Shown: positions 1 through 25,300 of the stretch, piece by piece
How the letters are laid out: every line of letters begins with the position of its first letter
Position numbering within the stretch: position 1 is the stretch's first letter
NCBI GenBank assembly: GCA_002269645.1
Contig: NIVC01000708.1
Coordinates: 310,001-374,000 of the forward strand
Length of the DNA: 64,000 nucleotides
DNA from: Macrostomum lignano
Taxonomy: Eukaryota
Direction: 5' to 3'
Program-made: the position numbers and the translations under genes
The notes under the pieces: model-generated
Told to the model about the DNA's origin: nothing
The model's database searches: none
What the model saw: only the letters and a program-made list of their open reading frames with translations

Positions 1-1817
1 CCATGGAGTCATGTAACCATGGAATCATGTAACCATGGAGTCATGTAGCGGTGAAATCATGTTACCATGGAATCATGTAACCATGGAATCATGTAACCAT
101 GGAATCATGTAACCATGGAATCATGTAACCATGGAATCATGAAACCATGGAATCATGTAACCATGGAATCATGTTACCATTTAATAATGTAACCGTGGAA
201 TCATGTAACCATGGAATCATGTAACCATAGAATCATGTAACCATGGAATCATGTAACCGTGGAATCATGTTACCATGGAATCATGTAACCATAGAATCAT
301 GTAACCATGGAATCATGTAACCGTGGAATCATGTTACCATGGAATCATGTAACCATGGAGTCATGTAGCCGTGGAATCATGTAACCATGGAGTCATGTAG
401 CCGTGGAATAATGTAACCATGGAATAATGTAACCATGGAATAATGTAACCATGGAATCATGTAATCATGGAATCATGAAACCATGGAATCATGTAACCAT
501 AGAATCATGTAACCATGGAATCATGTTACCATTTAATCATGTAACCATGGAATCATGTAGCCGTGGAATCATGTAACCACGGAGTCATGTAGCGGTGGAA
601 TCATGTTACCATGGAATCATGTAACCATGGAATCATGTAACCATGGAATCATGTAATCATGGAATCGTGTAACCATGGAATCATGTAGCCGTGGAATCAT
701 GTAACCATGGAATCATGTAACTATGGAATCATGTAACCATGGAATCATGTAACCATGGAGTCATGTAACCGTGGAATCATGTAACCATGGAATCATGTAG
801 CCATGGAATCAAGTAACCATAGAATCATGTAACCATGGAATAATGTAACCATGTAATCATGTAATCCATGAAATCGTGTAACCATGGAATCATTTAAACC
901 ATGGAATCGTGTAAGCCATGGAATCGTGTAACCATGGAATCATGTAACCATGGAATCATGTAACCATGGAATCATGTAACCATGGAATCATGTAACCATG
1001 GAATCATGTAACCATGGAATCATGTAACCATGGAGTAATGTAGCCGTGGAATCATGTTACCAAGGAATCATGTAACCATGGAGTCATGTAGCCGTGGAAT
1101 CATGTAGCCGTGGAATCATGTTACCATGAAATCATGTAACCATGGAGTCATGTAGCCGTGGAATCATGTAACCATGGAATCATGTAACCATGGAATCATG
1201 TAGCCATGGAATCATGTAACCATGAAATCGTGTAACCATGGAATCATGTAAACCATGGAATCGTGTAACCATGGAATCATGTAAACCATGGAATCATGTA
1301 AGCCATGAAATCGTGTAACCATGGAATCATGTAGCCGTGGAATCATGTAACCATGGAATCGTGTAAGCCATGGAATCGTGTAACCATGGAATCATGTAAC
1401 CATGGAATCATGTAACCATGGAATCATGTAACCATGGAGTAATGTAGCCGTGGAATCATGTTACCAAGGAATCATGTAACCATGGAGTCATGTAGCCGTG
1501 GAATCATGTAGCCGTGGAATCATGTAGCCGTGGAATCATGTTACCATGAAATCATGTAACCATGGAGTCATGTAGCCGTGGAATCATGTAACCATGGAAT
1601 CATGTAACCATGGAATCATGTAGCCATGGAATCATGTAACCATGAAATCGTGTAACCATGGAATCATGTAAACCATGGAATCGTGTAACCATGGAATCAT
1701 GTAAACCATGGAATCATGTAAGCCATGAAATCGTGTAACCATGGAATCATGTAGCCGTGGAATCATGTAACCATGGAATCATGTAAGCCATGAAACCGTG
1801 TAACCATGGAATCGTGT
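1..1817. repeat. 16-bp minisatellite (CCATGGAATCATGTAA)n
   Basis: Direct tandem repeat with point variants; runs from the window edge; probably intronic to the gene remnant at 2959. Confidence 0.97.
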
Positions 1818-2692
1818 AATGTCACAGGATCGCACAGGATGTCACAGGATCGCACAGGATGTCACAGGATCGCACAGGATGTCACAGGATCGCACAGGAT
1901 GTCACAGGATCGCACAGGAATACAGGATGTCACAGGATCGCACAGGGTGTCACAGGATCGCACAGGATGTCACAGGATCGCACAGGATGTTACAGGATCG
2001 CACAGGATGTCACAGGATCGCACAGGGTGTCACAGGATCGCACAGGATGTCACAGGATCGCACAATATGTCACAGGATCGCACAGGATGTCACAGGATGT
2101 CACAGGATCGCACAGGATGTCACAGGATCGCACAGGATGTCACAGGATCTCACAGGGTGTCACAGGATCACACAGGGTGTCACAGGATCTCACAGGGTGT
2201 CACATGATCGCAAAGGATGTCACAGGATCACGCAGGGTGTCACAGGATCGCACAGGATGTCACAGGATCGCACAGGATGTCACAGGATGTCACAGGATCG
2301 CACAGGGTGTCACAGGATCGCACAGGATCACACAGGGTGTCACAGGATCTCACAGGGTGTCACAGGATCGCACAGGATGTCACAGGATCACGCAGGGTGT
2401 CACAGGATCGCACAGGATCTCACAGGATCGCACAGGATGTCACAGGATGTCACAGGATCGCACAGGGTGTCACAGGATCGCACAGGATCTCACAGGATCG
2501 CACAGGGTGTCACAGGATCGCACAGGATGTCACAGGATCGCACAGGGTGTCACAGGATCGCACAGGGTGTCACAGGATCGCACAGGATGTCACAGGATCG
2601 CACAGGATGTCACAGGATCGCACAGGATGTCACAGGATCGCACAGGATGTCACAGGATCACACAGGATGTCACAGGATCGCACAGGATGTTA
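1818..2692. repeat. 10/20-bp minisatellite (GTCACAGGATCGCACAGGAT)n
   Basis: Direct tandem repeat abutting the 16-bp array with no spacer; source of ORFs 1806-2762. Confidence 0.97.
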
Positions 2693-2958
2693 CGGCCAAA
2701 AGCTGTTGATTACAATTGGTTTGGTATTAAATTACATTAACAATCTAGTAGGTAAATATTGAATATGAAACATGGAGTGCTTTAATAACCCTCAAATTTC
2801 ATGTTACCCAAGTCAACATATTACATATCATCAGTCACATTTTTAAATGTGGAGGAAGCACAGAGGGGGTATGCGAAAGTTAAGACATGAAGTTTGTAGT
2901 ATTTAAAACAGACCGCTTTGAAAGGTCCATAAACTGAACCGAGCCCCCCCCCCCACAG

Positions 2959-4292
2959 GTCAGTCGGGCGAATCCTTCTGCAGTGAAGTTCTGGTCTTCG
3001 CCTGCGGGCCGCACGCCTCGTTCTACTGGGCCCAGACTGGAGCTGATTCAATAGCGATCTCGACAGCTGCCCTGCCTCTCAGGCTGACCGTCATGCCCCC
3101 GCTCGATAGCACTCCAGGCGCTGTCTCCCTGGTCCAAACCGGCTCCGCCACCCGCGTCAACGAGCTCGGGGAGGCGACGCTGGCAGCCGGGAGCGGCGAT
3201 TTCAATCGCAACGCCAGCTCCCTGATGCTGGTGGCTGACGAATTCTGTCACCACATCCGGTTGAGCGTCGCTCAGGCTTCCCAAATGCTGACTCTGCGTC
3301 ATCAGAACTTCAATCTTCGAGCCTCGATCTACGATAGATGCCTTGTTCTTGACTGACTCCGCTTTGACGTTGCACTGCGTTAAATGTGAGTTTTGTACAC
3401 CTGCTTGTTGATTGTAGTCTTGGCCGGGAGACTTGCTCGTGAAAAAACCAATGCACTGGGTCAGAGGGACAACTTAGAAAATGGGAGACACTATACTGAG
3501 GAAATAGGAAACACTACCTGAGGAAATAGGAAACACTACCTGTAGAAATGGGACACATCACCTGAGAAAATGGGAAACAATACCTGAAGAAATGGGAAAC
3601 ACTAGCTGAGGGGATCGGAAACACTAAGCTGGAAATGGGAAACACTACCTGAGGAAATGGAAACACTACTTGAGGGAATGGGAGACACTACAGGTACCGG
3701 AGAGAATGCGGAAGTCGAAGACGCTTCCAGGTATTTATACACCCCTGAGAGAATGACATGGCAGCTAGATGGACATCGCACTTTTTAAATGCTACATCTC
3801 CTGGAATAGGAGAATACTCGTAAGGATAATGTATCTAATCCCGGCCCCGCAGACGAGCGACAATGTTCTTGGCGGCACAGACTGGCTGTATCCGGTGGTA
3901 GCTACTTATTTTGTCCAGCAGGAAGTTCCTGCCAGTTGGTTGGATCTGAATCTAGCGCAATACTATTCACGGAGCAAGCCGGAATCAGCGCGGAACTCCA
4001 GCCGCGGTGTCATTCCAATCGGCAACCAACGCCAGCTTCTACCTGTACGCTACGCTTGGTGACAGCCTGAGACTTCTCAAGAACAATGCCAGCTCAGAAT
4101 TCTCGGTGGCTGCAACGTTTCGTTTGAGCTACGTAGATTCCAAAGGACCTTACTGTCGAAGCTACCGCCTGCTACTGACTGGACCAACGACTGGCGTGCT
4201 GAGATCCGACAGTGTTGGAAAACTCATGGCAGTTGCGTGGAACGTCAAAGACTATGTTCGCAACGTCAATTTTTCATTTAGTTGCGATTCAG
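2959..4292 (+). pseudogene. Two exons (2959-3385, 3853-4292) of an unknown protein gene, each with one apparent frameshift (pseudogene or consensus error)
   Basis: C-rich acceptors (CCCCCCCCCCCACAG at 2958; CCCGGCCCCGCAG at 3852) and strong donors (GTGAGT at 3386, GTAAG at 4293). Protein-like frames QSGESFCSEVLVFACGPH...RASIY / IDALFLTDSALTLHCVK splice in phase to YERQCSWRHRL...AELQ / AVSFQSATNASFYLY...FSCDS, but each exon needs a frame switch. No family recognised. Confidence 0.4.
3470..3690. repeat. Degenerate ~19-20-bp repeat (AAATGGGAAACACTACCTGAGG-like)
   Basis: About 10 diverged copies lying between the donor at 3386 and the acceptor at 3852. Confidence 0.75.
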
Positions 4293-5079
4293 GTAAGATT
4301 CTGCACTGTGTAGTAGCAATTAATTAGCTTATAGATGTAGAACTTTGATTATTGACAATTAATGTTGTTTATTTATTATGTGAGCCGAACGACTGAATGA
4401 AAAGCATTGTTGCAAAATGTAAGGTTGGTAAATCAAGTAAGTTAACCCGAATATTAAATTTAAATATAAGATAACCGCATTTATTGCGTTTAAATTTACA
4501 TGCATTAAGCTTGTCAGTCAAACTACATTTCTAAAAATTAAAGCTGGAAAAGGACAGACGGATGCTTTCGGTTAAATTATTGTAAACATAATATTTTAGA
4601 GACAAAACAGCCAATCTGCGCAATAATCGGGACTGTTGCTAGATTTAACATCAGATCAAGACCTTAAGTTCGTTTAAAATGTTTGATATAACAAACGCTT
4701 ATACCACTGATTGAAAATAATAAACTTTAGAGCAGGATCTGACAAAATAGCAGCATACTAGATATGTTTTGCTACTTTCTGTGTCAAATAAAATGCTTTC
4801 TTTGTTTTGCTCTGTTGAATTTGAATCACTTCTAGCACGCCAATTTTTTGTAAAGTTTTAAGTTTAATAAGCGGCTATTGCGTGGGTTAAATGTGTTATC
4901 GAATCTCTGATTTTTGGTGTTTTAATAATTCTATTTATCAGTCTAGCTCAATAAGACAACTAGTGCAAGTTAAGTCAGTCAACTTTTCCAATTTGCTTAC
5001 AGTCTCGGTCTAATTGCTTCTGTGTTAAAATAAAAATTTCGCTGTTTATTATATTAGTGTTTAAAAGTTTGCTTTTGAA

Positions 5080-18532
<13,453 letters not shown>

Positions 18533-18599
18533 GCCCGGCCGGTGCGCTTCATGCAACTCCTTGACTCGGAACTTTGAAGCTGTGCGCTGACTTACTGCT

Positions 18600-19222
18600 C
18601 ACCATCTGTCCCACCCATCCCAGTCCCACCCATCCCAGTCTCACCCATCTCAGTCTCACCCATCTCAGTCTCACCCATCTCAGTCCCACCCATCCCAGTC
18701 TCACCCATCTCAGTCTCACCCACCTCAGTCTCACCCATCTCAGTCTCACCCACCTCAGTCTCACCCACCTCAGTCTCACCCACCTCAGTCTCACCCATCT
18801 CAGTCTCACCCACCTCAGTCTCACCCATTTTACCCTCACCATCTCAGTCTCACCCATCTCAGTCTCACCCATGTCACTCTCACCCATCTCACTCTCACCC
18901 ATCTCAGTCTCCCCCATGTCACTCTCACCCATCTCAGTCTCCCCCATGTCACTCTCACTCATCTCAGTCTCACCCATCTCAGTCTCACCCATCCCAGTCT
19001 CACTCATCTGAATCTCACTCATCTCAGTCTCACCCATCTCAGTCTCACTCATCTCAGTCTAACCCATCTCAATCTCACCCATCTCAGTCTCACCCATCTC
19101 AGTCTAACCCATCTCAGTCTAACCCATCTCAGTCTCACTCATCTCACCTTCACCAATATCAGTCTAACCCATCCCAGTCCCACCCATCTCAGTCTCACTC
19201 ATCTCAGTCTCACCCATCTCAG
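18600..19222. repeat. 15-bp minisatellite (CATCTCAGTCTCACC)n downstream of the MCM3 stop
   Basis: Direct tandem repeat; same unit and rare variants as the array at 23295-24170. Confidence 0.95.
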
Positions 19223-19739
19223 TGTGTCAGAGGCGCTGTGTAACTCACCCCTTGAAGATGTCACACCAGCCTTCAGCAAGCTTTGGATGTCTTCCAAAGC
19301 ATCGCAACGAAATTCTAGGCTTTAGGCAGTCCGTTCGCGTGTTACATTTATTGTACCTGGCACCATAATTTGCTGCATTAATGATGCATTTGGGTTTGTC
19401 AATTTATTCTAATTGTTAACTAAGAATGCGCAAAGTTGGTATTGCTAATTTTTAATACTGCAATTTGAGTGTCCGTATTTTATAACTATTTACAGCTCGC
19501 ACTGGCATTTCAATTTTACTGCTGTCCCGTGCTGTCACCTTTTTTGCTCCTCTGCGTTGGTTTTTTAATAATTAACTTTATTTTTTCGCTTTCGGCACTG
19601 CATTTTTATCCACTAACAAAATACATAACCAGCTCGATGACTCCGTGCCAACTCTGTCCCGGCTACATTAACTGAGCAGCACCTGAACTTGCGATTGGTC
19701 ACCGCTCTGCTTTCATCTCCTTTGGCAGAGTTGGCCTAG

Positions 19740-21610
19740 TTTAGATTAGCCATCCATTCTGTTCCTTCATCAGTGATGCTGGCTAGGTTAGCCATCCATT
19801 CTGTTCCTTCATCAGTGATGCTGGCTAGATTAGCCATCCATTCTGTTCCTTCATCCGTGATGCTGGCTAGATTAGCCATCCATTCTATTCCTTCATCAGT
19901 GATGCTGGCTAGATTAGCCATCCATTCTGTTCCTTCATCCGTGATGCTGGCTAGATTAGCCATCCATTCTGTTCCTTCATCCGTGATGCTGGCTAGATTA
20001 GCCATCCATTCTATTCCTTCATCAGTGATGCTGGCTAGATTAGCCATCCATTCTGTTCCTTCATCCGTGATGCTGGCTAGATTAGCCATCCATTCTGTTC
20101 CTTCATCCGTGATGCTGGCTAGATTAGCCATCCATTCTGTTCCTTCATCAGTGATGCTGGCTAGATTAGCAATCCATTCTGTTCCTTCATCAGTGATGCT
20201 GGCTAGATTAGCCATCCATTCTGTTCCTTCATGTGTGATGCTGGCTAGATTAGCCATCCATTCTATTCCTTCATGTGTGATGCTGGCTAGATTAGCAATC
20301 CATTCTATTCCTTCATCAGTGATGCTGGCTAGATTAGCCATCCATTCTATTCCTTCATGTGTGATGCTGGCTAGATTAGCCATCCATTCTATTCCTTCAT
20401 CACTGATGCTGGCTAGATTAGCCATCCATTCTGTTCCTTCATCAGTGATGCTGGCTAGATTAGCCATCCATTCTATTCCTTCATCCGTGATGCTGGCTAG
20501 ATTAGCCATCCATTCTATTCCTTCATCAGTGATGTTGGCTAGATTAGCCATCCATTCTATTCCTTCATCAGTGATGTTGGCTAGATTAGCCATCCATTCT
20601 ATTCCTTCATCCGTGATGCTGGCTAGATTAGCCATCCATTCTATTCCTTCATCAGTGATGTTGGCTAGATTAGCCATCCATTCTATTCCTTCATCAGTGA
20701 TGTTGGCTAGATTAGCAATCCATTCTATTCCTTCATGTGTGATGCTGGCTAGATTAGCAATCCATTCTATTCCTTCATGTGTGATGCTGGCTAGATTAGC
20801 AATCCATTCTATTCCTTCATGTGTGATGCTGGCTAGATTAGCAATCCATTCTATTCCTTCATCAGTGATGCTGGCTAGATTAGCAATCCATTCTATTCCT
20901 TCATCTGTGATGTTGGCTAGATTAGCAATCCATTCTATTCCTTCATCCGTGATTCTGGCTAGATTAGCAATCCATTCTATTTCATTCATCCGTGATTATG
21001 GCTAGATTAGCAATCCATTCTATTTCATTCATCCGTGATTATGGCTAGATTAGCAATCCATTCTATTCCTTCATCCGTGATTTGGCTAGATTAGCAATCC
21101 ATTCTATTCCTTCATCCGTGATTCTGGCTAGATTAGCAATCCATTCTATCCTTCATCTGTGATGTTGGCTAGATTAGCAAACCATTCTATTCCTTCATCC
21201 GTGATTCTGGCTAGATTAGCAATCCATTCTATTCCTTTATCAGTGATTCTGGCTAGATTAGCAATCCATTCTATTCCTTCATCTGTGATTCTGGCTAGAT
21301 TAGCAATCCATTCTATTCCTTCATCCGTGATTCTGGCTAGATTAGCAATTTATTCTATTCCTTCATCTGTGATGTTGGCCAGATTAGCAATCCATTCTAT
21401 TCCTTCATCCGTGATTCTGGCTAGATTAGCAATCCATTCTATTCCTTCATCTGTGATTATGGCTAGATTACCAATCCATTCTATTCCTTCATCTGTGATG
21501 TTGGCCAGATTAGCAATCCATTCTATTCCTTCATCCGTGATGCTGGCTAGATTAGTAATCCATTCTATTCCTTCATCTGTGATGCTGGCTACGAGTAGAT
21601 TAGCGATCCA
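19740..21610. repeat. 42-bp minisatellite between the convergent MCM3 and ptc 3' ends
   Basis: Unit CCATCCATTCT(A/G)TTCCTTCATC(A/C/T)GTGATGCTGGCTAGATTAG; a multiple of 3, giving long open frames on both strands. Confidence 0.96.
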
Positions 21611-22315
21611 TTTTACTCCTTCATTCAAGACGGAGACTCGGCGAGTTGGTGCTCAATGAACACAGGTGAACAGCGAGGTAATCGGAGCAGTCAGTGTGCT
21701 GCACTGTATTTGTTGCATAATAAATAGCACTGGGCAAATATAAATAGACAAACACTGGCACATCTTGCATTGGTAAACCAATTTAGGATAATGCAGCTAC
21801 ATTAAATAACAAAAACAGAATATGCATAGCAGTAATAGTATTTGCAGGCGGTGCAGGTGTGTCGCAGGTGCAGCATTGGCAGTAAAGCAGGGAGAGTATG
21901 ATCATATGACAGCCACCTCTCTATCGGCTACTGTTCATCGTAGAATGAAATGCAGTTCAGTTTCGGAGGTTTGCAAAACGGGTTATGGTGAGGCATTGTT
22001 AATATAAGAAACTACAACAAAGAAACAAAAATACAGAATGTACTTCTGCTGCAATACAGGTGTGTACTGATTAGTGAGTTGTAACCGGTTGGGGAGAAGC
22101 TGCTTTCAACTTTTTCAGCGAGCGAAGACTTTATATAAACAAATCGAGCACCAGTGATTTCATAAAAATCCTTCCACATGCGCACTTTGCTACTGCTCAG
22201 TGGCCGAGTTAGTAGCGTGAAAGGCAACTTCCAACGAATGATGCGTTTAAAGCTTTCGTTAGATTGCAGTAGAAATGCCGAATTGAAAGTCACGTGATTT
22301 GGCTCGCACCCGCTC

Positions 22316-25300
22316 TCACACGTGGCTGATCGGAGCGCCGAAAAATCGGCCGCCAGCCGGGGCGGCGCGCACAAATCGCGGGGGCGGCGGCGGCGGCGCG
22401 CCCTGCTGCGGGAGGTAGAGGCGCAGCGTGGCCGTCACCACCTGCTGCTGCTGCCGGTGCTGCTGGAAGGCCGCCGAGCTGCCCAAAATCGGCGGCGTTG
22501 CAGCTGGCGAGGCTTCGCCGCCGCTCTCCTCCGGGATGGTGTTCAGCGACCGCTGGCTGGCCGTGTAGGCCGCCTCCGCCGCAGCCGCAGCCGCCGCCTC
22601 CGGGTAGCTGGGCGGCGAGGGCCGCACTGGCGGCGGCGGCGACTCGTCTGAGGAGGCGGAGGACGAAGAAGATGAGGAGGACGGCGAGGAGCCCCGTCGG
22701 CGCCTCCGAGATCGCCTATGTCGGTGCGCGGCCGGCCGCCTGCCGTTCTCGTCCTCGCTGTCGCTGCTGTAATCGTCATAGTCGTCGTTGGAGCTCGGCG
22801 ACGCGCCCGACTGCTGCAGTGCCTGCCGACGTGGCGGCTTCGGTGACGGCGGCGGCCGGAGGTGGTGCGGCGGCAGCGCCTGAGGTGCCGGACTGGCGAC
22901 GGCGGCCACCAAGGCGGCATTGGCGACGGCGGCAGCGACCCCAGCGACCAGCGGGCCGCCCAGGCAGGCGGTCAGCAGCGGCGAGCCCGGGAAGGCGGAG
23001 GCAGCAAAGGCGGCCAGGGCGGGCGGAGCGGCCAGGGCGGCGGCCCAGAGCAGCGCCGCCAGCGGCCAGTCCGGCCTGAACTGCGGCCTCCGCTTCGACA
23101 GCTGCTGCTGCTGGCCTGAGGCCTCCACGTTGTCGCTTCTCTGCTTCTGTCTGCTTCCAGAGTCTGCCTCTTCTGCCGGCCTGGTGTCTTCTGCTCCTGG
23201 CCAGGGGGTCAGGGCCAGTTCGGCGGCGGCGGGGGACGGCGGTGGCTGCAGGCTGAGTTGCTGCAAAGTGGGGGAGGAATTGTTAGCTTTGCAGCCACCC
23301 TCACCATCTCAGTCTCACCCACCTCAGTCTCACCCACCTCAGTCTCACCCACCTCAGTCTCACCCACCTCAGTCTCACCCACCTCAGTCTCACCCACCTC
23401 AGTCTCACCCATCTCAGTCTCACCCACCTCAGTCTCACCCATTTTACCCTCACCATCTCAGTCTCACCCATTTTACCCTCACCATCTCAGTCTCACCCAT
23501 CTCAGTCTCACCCATGTCACTCTCACCCATGTCACTCTCACTTATCTCACTCTCACCCATCTCAGTCTCCCCCATGTCACTCTCACCCATCTCACTCTCA
23601 CCCATGTCAGTCTCACCCATCTCACTCTCACCCATCTCAGTCTCCCCCATCTCACTCTCACCCATGTCACTCTCACCCATGTCACTCTCATCCATCTCAC
23701 TCTCACCCATGTCACTCTCACCCATTTCACTCTCACCCATCTCAGTCTCACCCATCCCAGTCTCCCCCATGTCACTCTCACCCATCCCAGACCCCCCATG
23801 TCACTCTCACCCATCCCAGACCCCCCATGTCACTCTCACCCATCCCAGACCCCCCCATGTCACTCTCACCCATCCCAGACCCCCCCATATCACTCTCACC
23901 CATCCCAGACCCCCCATGTCACTCTCACCCATCCCAGACCCCCCATATCACTCTCACCCATCCCAGACCCCCCATGTCACTCTCACCCATCCCAGACCCC
24001 CCATGTCACTCTCACCCATCCCAGTCCCCCATGTCACTCTCACCCATCCCAGACCCCCCATGTCACTCTCACCCATCCCAGACCCCCCATGTCACTCTCA
24101 CCCATCCCAGACCCCCCCATGTCACTCTCACCCATCCCAGTCCCCCCCATGTCACTCTCACCCATCTCACCCAGCTACATGCCACCCTCGCACATCCTAC
24201 TCTCCTCGGCGCCCCGGAGCCCAGCCACTTACAAAGACCAGCATCAGGTTCACAAAGAACATGACGGGAAAGGCCAGGGCCGCTCCTGTGCAGGTCAGCA
24301 GATTCAGAGGAATTCCAGATGCCCACAGCATCGCAGCCAGCTGCAGCAGGTTGATTAGGCACAGCGCGGACTGCAATTTATGGGATGTTGGTGAGGGCCG
24401 ATGAAGGATTTGTCATGGTGGAGATGGAGAGAGGTCAGTTGACCCCCCCCCCAAAGATCCTCACTCACTAATCCACAGACTAAAAACTTCATACAAGACA
24501 AAAAAATCGCAGCAGAACTCACGCAGACTACTGCCGGCAGTAGTTTGCAGAAGACGGCCAGGCTGGCCAGGGCGGCGGCGGCGAGCAGCAGCGACATCAG
24601 GCCGGCCATCTTGCCGGCGTCGATCCAGTCGGGAGAGTGAAAGTCGAACACTGGCCCGGACACCGTGTGCTGCAGGCCCAGCTGACTGAATCGCTGGCTG
24701 ACGTCCTTGATTCGAGCCCCGGCCTGCAGGTAGGCCCTCGTGCTGTTCAAGCCGCTGAGCTGGAGCACGCTCTGCACGAGTTCGAGCTCCTTGGACGGCG
24801 GAATGTACTGCAGATGGGGGTGCCTGGGCTGCACAGCGTACTGCTCCGGCTTGGGCAGCAGCAGGGAGTTGGCGGACTCGTAGGACATGCCGGACTGGGA
24901 ATACCAGCTGGTCAGGCAGGTGTAAAACCTGCCAGGGCTGATCACCCCGTGCTTGTCCACCAGCCGGCCCCTGTCCGCCTCCAGCTGCGGGATTCGGGAT
25001 TATTGGGGTGGCGATTCGTTGCCTGGATTTCTCACCTGCCTGCATCTCCTTTCTCACCTGTCTGCATCTCATTTCTCACCTGCCTGCATCTCATTTCTCA
25101 CCTGTCTGCATCTCATTTCTCACCTGCCTGCATCTCCTTTCTCACCTGTCTGCATCTCATTTCTCACCTGCCTGCATCTCATTTCTCACCTGCCTGCATC
25201 TCCTTTCTCACCTGTCTGCATCTCATTTCTCACCTGCCTGCATCTCATTTCTCATCTGCCTGCATCTCGTTTTCACCTGCCTGCATCTCATTTCTCACCT

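Noticed and set aside
1-2762. CRISPR-like regular repeats, and repeat-protein ORFs 1806-2762
   Set aside because: The units are contiguous with no unique spacers, there are no cas genes and the context is eukaryotic; the ORFs are open only because of repeat periodicity.
22322-24404. Plus-strand ORFs (for example 22920-24404, 494 aa)
   Set aside because: Antisense of ptc exons plus translation of the 15-bp array.
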